From a virus (lineage: Duplodnaviria; Heunggongvirae; Uroviricota; Caudoviricetes), in the IMG/VR virus record IMGVR_UViG_2663763413_000005: DNA of 5,802 bases; one strand, 5' to 3'. This document shows positions 1 through 5,802 of this stretch, piece by piece (within the stretch, counting starts at the first letter, position 1; each line of letters opens with the position of its first letter). The translations under genes and the position numbers were made by a program. The notes under the pieces are model-generated. The model ran no database searches, was not told where the DNA came from, and saw only the letters and a program-made list of their open reading frames with translations.

Positions 1-1
1 G

Positions 2-208
2 GCAAATCAGGGAAAACTACAGGGTGTGCTGGTCAGCCTGACCAATCTGACCGGCGTGGCGGGCCCGCTGCTGTTTGCTTTTATTTTCAGTCAGACACAG
101 CAGAGTGCGGACGGTACGGTGTGGCTGATTGGCACGGCACTGTACGGTCTGCTGCTGGCAATCTGTCTGCTGATCAGAAAACCGGCACCGGTGGCGGCCA
201 CCTGCTGA
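2..208 (+). CDS. C-terminal fragment of an integral membrane transporter (possibly MFS-type); 5' end lies outside the window
   Basis: Reading frame is open from base 2 to a TGA at 206-208 (the track ORF 26..208 begins at an internal GTG). Translation is strongly hydrophobic (…[14 protein letters not shown]… and …[18 protein letters not shown]…), consistent with two transmembrane helices followed by a short charged tail. Family assignment is by general resemblance only. Confidence 0.4.
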   Translation, partial: ANQGKLQGVLVSLTNLTGVAGPLLFAFIFSQTQQSADGTVWLIGTALYGLLLAICLLIRKPAPVAATC

Positions 209-302
209 CCGGCGCTATACAGGCAGCGCTGTTGTGCGGTATGGTGGACGGCATTCGTGCTTATCGCCTGCCATGATAAGCCTCAGACACAGAGGAACCG
301 TT

Positions 303-542
303 ATGAAATCACGCGCAGCAGTCGCCTTCGGGCCGGGTTTACCCCTTGAAATTGTTGAAATTGATGTGGCACCGCCGAAGAAAGGTGAAGTGCTGGTGAA
401 AATCAGTCACACCGGGGTATGCCATACCGATGCCTACACGCTTTCCGGTGATGATCCGGAAGGTCTGTTCCCGGTGGTGCTCGACCATGAAGGTGCCGGG
501 GTGGTGGTTGAGGTCGGTGAGGGCGTGACCAGTGTGAAACCT
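303..542 (+). pseudogene. frmA: S-(hydroxymethyl)glutathione dehydrogenase / class III alcohol dehydrogenase, N-terminal ~80 codons only (3'-truncated remnant)
   Basis: ATG at 303 is preceded by AGAGGA (288-293). Translation [80 protein letters not shown] matches the N-terminus of E. coli FrmA/AdhC as I recall it. The match ends at about 542; the frame then runs on to 635 through unrelated Ala/Phe-rich sequence that is the antisense of the stf remnant. The track ORF start at 234 is an upstream alternative start. Confidence 0.7.
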
Positions 543-1000
543 GCGCTGTTAGCTGCGTTCGTTTCTGAGGTTTTCGCCGCGTTCTTCGATGATGCCGCTG
601 CTGTTTCGGATTTCTTTGCCGCCGCTGCGCTCTGAGAGGCGGCTTCAGCGTTGCGTGCCGCTTCTTCCACCATTTCCTCAAAACGACGCAATGCCTCCGG
701 CATGACATCATCTTCCGTCATGGCACCGAGAAAATCATTCAGCGTCCCCGGCTTAGAATCTTCATACACGGTGATGGTCCCGGCATGTGAAGGCGGAAAA
801 CCTTCAACCAGCAGGATAACGCTGTACTGGCCATACTCAACATCCATGCTGTAACGCCCGGCTTCATCCGGATTTTCAGAGGCCACCGTGTTCACCAGTA
901 CCGTGGTGCTGTTACGCTTTGCCTTCAGTTGAATAGTGCAGTTCTGTATTGGTTTTCCCGCACCATCTTTCAGCACACCTGAGATTTTTACTGCTGCCAT
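540..1000 (-). pseudogene. stf: Side tail fibre protein Stf, N-terminal ~150 codons only (3'-truncated); the ORF reads on into antisense frmA-like sequence to a stop at 434
   Basis: ATG at 998-1000 (minus) with GGAG five nt upstream. Translation MAAVKISGVLKDGAGKPIQNCTIQLKAKRNSTTVLVNTVASENPDEAGRYSMDVEYGQYSVILLVEGFPPSHAGTITVYEDSKPGTLNDFLGAMTEDD… matches the N-terminus of lambda Stf (orf401), followed by the Ala/Ser-rich repeat region. Similarity stops around …[12 protein letters not shown] (about 540-555). The remaining 33 codons ([17 protein letters not shown]…) are the reverse complement of the frmA-like gene. Confidence 0.75.
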
Positions 1001-1011
1001 ATCCACTCCAC

Positions 1012-1038
1012 AAAAAAGCCCGCCTGAACCGGCGGGCT
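1012..1038 (-). terminator. Rho-independent terminator downstream of lom (minus strand)
   Basis: Minus-strand reading is AGCCCGCC-GGTTCA-GGCGGGCT followed by TTTTTTG: an 8-bp GC-rich stem (plus 1017-1024 / 1031-1038), 6-nt loop and T-tract (plus 1012-1017), placed between the lom stop (1065) and the stf start (1000). Confidence 0.6.
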
Positions 1039-1064
1039 GTCATAACACTGTGTTACCTGGCTAA

Positions 1065-1664
1065 TCAGAACTTATAACCGACACCCACGATGAAACCGTC
1101 AGTGCGCCAGTCACCACTGCCGGAGCCTTCATAAGCAATATCAATGGCCACGGATTCGGTCGGGTTAAACTGCACGCCAGCTCCCCACGCCAGAGACGTG
1201 TTGCTGTGGCGACCGTCATCACTTCCGGTCAGCACATCGTGCGTTTTCCCCTTGTTGTCAGTTACGCGGAGGTAATCCCCGGAAAAAGTCGAAACACGGC
1301 TGTAAGCCATACCCGCCATCGCATACGCGCTGAACCATTCATTCACGCGCACAGACGGCCCCGCCATCACGCTGAACCAGCGGTTACGCACGGAATCTTT
1401 ATGCCAGCGGGTATCGCTGTAACGGGTCAGCTGACGATTCTTGTATCCTGCATAACTGAATGACGTCACCAGCCCCAGCGTGTCCGTAAATTCATAACGG
1501 TATTTCACGTTAATGCCCTTCAGGTCATCACTGCCTGGCATATCAGTATGGGTCTGAAGATACCCGGCGCTTAGTGTGGACTGATGCTCTGCTGCGCTCG
1601 CTGGCGTACCAGCGGCAACCAGCCAGACTACTGCGGACAGAATAACAGCACATAATTTACGCAT
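1065..1664 (-). CDS. lom: Lom outer-membrane protein (Ail/Lom/OmpX/PagC family 8-stranded beta-barrel), intact
   Basis: 199-aa ORF with ATG at 1662-1664 and GAGAGG Shine-Dalgarno 6-7 nt upstream. Signal-peptide-like N-terminus MRKLCAVILSAVVWLVAAGTPASA, C-terminal …GFIVGVGYKF ending in an aromatic residue as in outer-membrane beta-barrels. Near-identical over most of its length to lambda Lom as I recall it. Confidence 0.92.
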   Translation of the reverse strand: MRKLCAVILSAVVWLVAAGTPASAAEHQSTLSAGYLQTHTDMPGSDDLKGINVKYRYEFTDTLGLVTSFSYAGYKNRQLTRYSDTRWHKDSVRNRWFSVMAGPSVRVNEWFSAYAMAGMAYSRVSTFSGDYLRVTDNKGKTHDVLTGSDDGRHSNTSLAWGAGVQFNPTESVAIDIAYEGSGSGDWRTDGFIVGVGYKF

Positions 1665-1688
1665 AATTACCTCTCGCTTTTCTGCAAT

Positions 1689-1712
1689 AAAAAAGGCGTC
1701 ATTTCTGACGCC
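1689..1712 (-). terminator. Rho-independent terminator between J and lom (tJ-like), minus strand
   Basis: Minus-strand reading is GGCGTCA-GAAA-TGACGCC followed by TTTTTTATTG: a 7-bp stem (plus 1695-1701 / 1706-1712), 4-nt loop and T-tract (plus 1689-1694), lying between the J stop (1732) and the lom start (1664). Confidence 0.7.
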
Positions 1713-2828
1713 CGTATTGGGGTTATAAAATTCAGCTGATACTGATGCCTGCAGTGGCTTTCTTCATCACAACAACCAGCAAATCGCTGATACTTGCTGT
1801 GGGATACCAACCATTTACCCACCATGCTGATACAGAAAACTCCAGTGTCATTACACCACTGCCTGCAGGCATATCAATAACACCCGTGTAAATCAGAGTA
1901 TTATCCAGAGCCGTTCGGTTATAAATTTCAGCCCCGTTTTTCTTCACTATCAGGCGGCATGACGAATAAGTATCGCTATTCTCCCGCTCATGTCTGGCAC
2001 CGCAGAAAGCCACCGCTGGAATAACAATTTGCCGGTCAAACGACTGATCGTCATAAACCCTGACGGTAATAGTCCCTGATGGCCACCGCTCCGGTGCACG
2101 GGAGTCCCGGGGGAAAGCTTTGCCCACTGTTTTAACGAGATCGCCTTCAATCTGGTTCGCGGACAGTTTTCCCAGAACCCGACAGTTCTCGTTAATCGTG
2201 ACATTATTGAGCGTCCCGGAGTTCGCATTCACGTTACCGCTGATATCGGCATTTTTCGCCGTCAGCCGCCCGTCCGGTGTCAGGGAAAATACCGGAGGAT
2301 TGCCGCCACTGGTAATGGTGGGAGCCGTCAGATACTTCAGGAACACTTCGTTCATGAATATCTGGTTGCCCTGCGCCACAAACATCGGCGTTTCATTCCC
2401 GTTTGCCGGGTCAATAAACGCGATACGGTTAGCGGCAACCAGGAACTGGCTCAGTTTGCCTTCCTCCGTATCCTCCATACTAAGGCCAAGCCCCGCGACA
2501 TAATGCCTGCCGTCTTCGGTCTGCTCAATTTTGACGCCCCACATGGCATTCCATTTATCGTTGGCGTCCTTCCACTCTTTCGAAAACTCCTCCAGTTTGC
2601 TGGCGTTATCCTCCGTCAGCTCGACTTTTTCCAGCAGCTCCTTGCCGAGATGGGATTCGGTTATCTGGCCTTTGAAAAAATCCAGGTAACCTTCCGCATC
2701 ATCGCTCGGCTGACCAACAGCCTCCACGAATGCCGATTTGCCAACGGTGTTCACACTGCGGATATAAAAGTAATAATCATGGCCCGGTTTGATATTGATA
2801 CTGGCAGCTATCCAGTACAGCGCCGTAC

Positions 2829-2873
2829 CAAGATAGCGGGCTGTGGTCTCAAGATAGCGGGCTGTGGTCTCAA
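2829..2873. repeat. Perfect 21-bp tandem duplication (unit AGATAGCGGGCTGTGGTCTCA at 2831-2851 and 2852-2872)
   Basis: Read directly from the sequence. In frame within J, duplicating the peptide ETTARYL. Confidence 0.9.
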
Positions 2874-3210
2874 CCTGCCTGATATCGGTAATCCGCTTTT
2901 CCGAGAACCAGAACTCAAACTGTACCGTCGGATCATAAACCGCAAGATGCGGCGTGGCAGTTATCTGAAAATAGCCCGGCGTCAGCTCAATCCGCGACGG
3001 CGCTGCCGGTGCGGCAATCCGGAACGATACCGATGCCGGATCGCCCTGCTGTCCCCACGCATTTACCGCCCGGACCGTCAGCGTGTAACGCCCCAGCGCC
3101 AGTTGCCTGAAGCGGTATGTGGTTTCCGTCGTCCTGGCCGTGCTGACCAGCCGCTCACTGCCGTCATCCGCTGCCACGGTCAGGCGAAGCATAAAGCTCA
3201 CCCCCTTCAC

Positions 3211-3269
3211 CACCTTCGGCGTATCCCAGCGCGCCAGCACCTTCGGCGTATCCCAGCGCGCCAGCACCT
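3211..3269. repeat. Perfect 27-bp tandem duplication (unit ACCTTCGGCGTATCCCAGCGCGCCAGC at 3212-3238 and 3239-3265)
   Basis: Read directly from the sequence. In frame within J, duplicating the peptide LARWDTPKV. Confidence 0.9.
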
Positions 3270-3541
3270 GATACTCCCCGCTGTCTGAGGTGACTTCGGC
3301 AGTCAGGTGCTGCACCGCAGGCGGCGTGACACCATTCACCGTGCCGCTCTGGTCGCCGTCAAAGTGCGCCCCGTTATCCACGATGGCCTCTTTTTCCGGC
3401 ACATGCTGCACGGCGGTGATGGCATACGTGCCGTCGTCGTTCTCACGGATACTCACGCAGCGGAACAGGCGCTGGCGCAGCGTCGGCAGCTTCAGCCCCC
3501 ATACGCTGTATTCAGCAACACCGTCAGGAACACGGCTCACT

Positions 3542-3555
3542 TTTACCTTTACCTT
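3542..3555. repeat. Short 6-bp tandem repeat (TTTACC x2 plus partial), encoding a KVKVKV run in J
   Basis: Period-6 identity over 3542-3555. Protein reads [12 protein letters not shown], where lambda J as recalled has [10 protein letters not shown]. Confidence 0.6.
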
Positions 3556-3652
3556 CACGCCGTCGGTGACGGACTGAACCTCCACGCTGACCGGATTGCC
3601 ACTTCCGTCAACCAGACTTATCAGCGTGGTACCGGAGGATGGCAGCGTGATT

Positions 3653-4225
3653 TCACGGTCGAGCGTCAGCGTCCGGGTCTGGCTGTTCACCGCCAGCCAC
3701 GCGCCCGCCGATGCTGATACCCGCATAGTCATCATCACAGATTTCAATGACATCCCCCGGTACATGGCGAAGCCCTTCCGCACCCACGCTGAAGTCCACG
3801 GTCTGCGTTTCCAGCAGTTCCGTTTTAATCAGCCACAGCCCGGCGCGGTGCGCCTGCCCCCGGCTGGTACAGCCAAAGGCATCCATCTTCGTGACGTTAC
3901 GACCGTAACGGGCAATGGCCTGCGTATCTTCAACAAGCTCTGTCGCCGTCTCCCAGCCGTTGTTCGGGTCAATCCAGTTCACCTCAACGGCATTATGGCG
4001 GTCCTTCAGGGCGCTGAAGCTGTAGCGGAACGGCGCGCCATCATCCGGCATCACCACATTACTGCGGTTATAGGTCCACACCTTATCTGATGGTCGGTCC
4101 TGCACGAACGTCAGCGTCTGCCCGTTCCATACCGGCATACAGCGCATCGCCGAGCAGAAATCACTGAGCACATCCCACGCCTTGCGCTGTGTGGTCAGCC
4201 AGGCATTACAGGTGATGCGCGGCCT
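3653..4225 (-). pseudogene. J: J fragment 2 (middle), in the +1 frame relative to fragment 1
   Basis: Part of track ORF 3653..4330. Translation from PRITCNAWLTTQRKAWDVLSDFCSAMRCMPVWNGQTLTFVQDRPSDK… through …[22 protein letters not shown] matches lambda J, then runs out of frame ([14 protein letters not shown], stop at 3653). Confidence 0.8.
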
Positions 4226-4247
4226 CATTACAGGTGATGCGCGGCTC
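4204..4247. repeat. Near-tandem direct duplication: 20-bp unit CATTACAGGTGATGCGCGGC twice (4204-4223, 4226-4245) separated by CT; net 22-bp insertion
   Basis: Read directly from the sequence. Located inside J and coincides with the first frame break. Confidence 0.9.
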
Positions 4248-5204
4248 CGTGCCACCAAAGCCATCCGGCACCGACTGGTCGCAATTCTGGCCGATGACAT
4301 ACAGCGCCCATTTGTCCACATCCGCCGCACCGAGACGCTTCCCCATGCCGTAGCGCGGATGGGTCAGCATATCCCACAGACACCAGGCCATGTTGTTGCT
4401 GTATGCTGGCTTAAACGTTCCGTCCCAGATACCGCTGTATTGTCGCGTCTGCGGGTTATAGTTCGACGGCACCTGCAGAATGCGCCCGCGAAGATGATAA
4501 TTACGACTCACCTGCTGGCTGCCGAACTGCTCCGAGTCCACCTGTACGCTGACCAGTGCCGTGTTCGGGTAGCACTGTTTCACATCGATGATTTCGGTGT
4601 ATGACGACCAGAGCGTTTTGTTCTGCAGCTGGTCTGTGGTGCTGTCCGGCGTCATCCTGCGCATCCGGATATTAAACGGGCGCGGCGGCAGGTTATCCAC
4701 CACCACCGAGGCCAGATACTGCGAGGTGGTTTTGCCTTTAATGGTGATGTCTTTTTCCGTCACCCAGCCACCGTTACGCTGTATCTGAACCAGCAGGCGG
4801 ACTTCCGACGGATTCCGGTCCCCCTTTGAGGTGGTTTCCACCAGTGCCTGCACACCGAAGGTAAAGCGCAGACGGTCGATGTTTGCAGACGTGATGGTCC
4901 GGGTAATCGGCGTGTCGTACTTCACTTCCGTACCCAGCACCGTCTCGGAGCCGGAGGATTCAAATCCCTCCGGCGGTGTCTGCTCCTGCTCACCTGCCCG
5001 GAACACCACCGTGACACCGGAGATATTGGTATTCCCCTCACTGTCCAGCACCGGCGTACTGTTCAGCAGCACACTTTTTAATCCGTCCACCGGACCTTCA
5101 ATCGGCCCTTCACTGATGGCGTCTATCACGCTCAGCATCTGGGATGATTTCAGGTTGTCCTTCGCTTCGCGCGGGGTATGCCCCTTACTGCTGCCTTTAC
5201 CCAT
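4206..5204 (-). pseudogene. J: J fragment 1 (N-terminal, 332 codons), ending at a premature TAA created by the 22-bp duplication
   Basis: Track ORF 4206..5204. Translation matches the lambda J N-terminus up to …GGTEPRITCN, then reads EAAHHL and stops. Confidence 0.85.
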
Positions 5205-5226
5205 TCCTCACGCTCCAGAAACGACA

Positions 5227-5246
5227 AAACCGCCCTGAGGCGGTTT
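5227..5246 (-). other. Inverted repeat / hairpin in the I-J intergenic region (possible weak terminator or RNA structure)
   Basis: Plus strand AAACCGCC-CTGA-GGCGGTTT (8-bp stem, 4-nt loop). On the minus strand it is followed by TTTTGTCGTTTCT, which is only moderately U-rich, then the J Shine-Dalgarno sequence. Confidence 0.3.
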
Positions 5247-5264
5247 CACACAAAACATTCTGCA

Positions 5265-5802
5265 TCAACGACCAATCACCACAACCTGACCACCATCTCC
5301 TTCATCTGCCGTGCTGATCTCCTGCGAAATCACCCGTGACCCCACGCGCATTTCACCGTACAGAACCGGCAGAACATTGCCCTGGGCAACCATGTTATCC
5401 AGTGAGGAGAAATAGGTGTTCTGTTTGCCGTTATCCGTTGTCTGTGTACGGGGAGTTCTGGCTTTCGGTGCCAGCATCTGCGCCACACCACCGAGCACCA
5501 TACTGGCCCCCGCACCATACATTCCTGTAATTGCGGCAGCCCCCAACCAACCTGCAGGGTTCCACCATGCCACCGCAATCAGCGCCGCCCCCAGCACACT
5601 GCCTGAAAAAGACCGCCACTTTTGGCTCCCGCCAGACGCGGCACAATGTGGATCACGGCACCATTTGCCAGCGGTTCATTAAGACGGGCGGATAATTCAG
5701 TTTCACCTGCATCACGCCCGGCAATACGTACCTGATACCAGCCGTCGCTCAGTTTCTGACGAAACGCCGGAAGCTGTGTGGTCAGCGCCCGGACTGCTTC
5801 GG
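5265..5802 (-). pseudogene. I: Tail assembly protein I, 5' end outside the window, with a frame break near 5598-5606
   Basis: From the window end, one minus-strand frame reads EAVRALTTQLPAFRQKLSDGWYQVRIAGRDAGETELSARLNEPLANGAVIHIVPRLAGAKSGGLFQ and then hits TGA within a few codons. The I-like sequence continues in a different frame as VLGAALIAVAWWNPAGWLGAAAITGMYGAGASMVLGGVAQMLAPKARTPR…VVIGR (track ORF 5265..5597). Both halves match lambda I as recalled. Confidence 0.8.

Larger units (their letters stand above)
1732..3696 (-). pseudogene. J: J fragment 3 (C-terminal, including the receptor-binding domain)
   Basis: Part of track ORF 1732..3783. J-like sequence starts at [22 protein letters not shown]… and runs to the stop at 1732; it contains the in-frame duplications at 3542..3555, 3211..3269 and 2829..2873. 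The final ~150 residues are J-like in layout but differ in sequence from lambda J. Confidence 0.8.
1732..5204 (-). pseudogene. J: Tail tip / host specificity protein J (central tail fibre), disrupted by two frameshifts
   Basis: Three consecutive minus-strand ORFs (4206..5204, 3653..4330, 1732..3783) together reconstruct lambda J in order: MGKGSSKGHTPREAKDNLK…GGTEPRITCN | AWLTTQRKAWDVL…[11 protein letters not shown] | [22 protein letters not shown]… Start ATG at 5202-5204 is preceded by GTGAGGA. Frame breaks are at the 22-bp duplication (4204..4247) and a 1-bp insertion (about 3697). Confidence 0.85.

Noticed and set aside
403-854. ORFs 403..711 (-) and 651..854 (+) in the stf/frmA junction region
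   Set aside because: Out-of-frame or antisense relative to the Stf-like reading frame. The 403..711 product is an Arg-rich low-complexity artefact.
234-1006. Extended start sites from the ORF track (234 for the frmA-like ORF, 1006 for stf, 3783 and 4330 for J pieces, 5597 for I)
   Set aside because: These are the furthest upstream ATG/GTG/TTG in frame. Similarity and Shine-Dalgarno positions indicate the real starts at 303 (frmA-like) and 1000 (stf). The J and I internal 'starts' are artefacts of frame breaks, not initiation sites.
1206-1463. 85-aa plus-strand ORF inside lom
   Set aside because: Antisense to an intact, well-supported lom gene. No Shine-Dalgarno sequence and no recognisable protein features.
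2829-3269. Interpreting the 21-bp and 27-bp direct repeats as mobile-element target-site duplications or att-site repeats
   Set aside because: The copies are directly adjacent with nothing between them, so they are simple tandem duplications rather than flanking repeats of an inserted element.
1950-5238. Track ORFs on the plus strand or in alternate minus frames inside J (1950..2228 -, 2120..2503 +, 2503..3288 +, 3290..3577 +, 3307..3717 +, 3596..4090 +, 4182..4604 +, 4588..4788 +, 4831..5238 +)
   Set aside because: All lie entirely within the strongly supported J coding region in the wrong frame or strand. Their translations are Arg/Pro/Cys-rich low-complexity sequence typical of antisense reads of GC-rich coding DNA, with no recognisable similarity or start signals.
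5330-5682. Four overlapping ORFs in the I region (5330..5578 -, 5336..5530 +, 5416..5682 +, 5431..5646 -)
   Set aside because: Alternate-frame or antisense reads of the I gene. The 5431..5646 minus ORF is simply a wrong frame of I across the frame-break region.
1-5802. CRISPR array, tRNA/rRNA gene, insertion sequence, integrase or a novel defence or toxin system
   Set aside because: No repeat-spacer periodicity, no tRNA-like structures, no terminal inverted repeats or transposase/integrase-like ORFs. Every substantial ORF is accounted for by known lambda tail genes or host genes, leaving no unexplained coding capacity.

Overview
This window is the tail-fibre end of a lambda-like prophage, read on the minus strand in the canonical order I -> J -> lom -> stf, abutting host DNA at the left edge (an frmA-like class III alcohol dehydrogenase N-terminal remnant and the 3' end of a membrane transporter gene). 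The prophage is visibly decayed. The I reading frame is broken near 5600. J (1732..5204) is split into three ORFs by a 22-bp near-tandem duplication (4204..4247) and a 1-bp insertion (about 3697), and also carries perfect in-frame tandem duplications of 21 bp and 27 bp plus a 6-bp repeat expansion. stf is cut off after about 150 codons and meets the truncated frmA-like gene tail-to-tail at about 540-555, so the prophage right end (rest of stf, tfa, attachment site) is absent. By contrast lom is intact, has its own Shine-Dalgarno sequence and is bracketed by two clean minus-strand intrinsic terminators. I see no CRISPR array, tRNA/rRNA, transposase or recognisable defence system, and no evidence for a novel system. 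All homology statements rest on recalled lambda and E. coli protein sequences, not on a database search.
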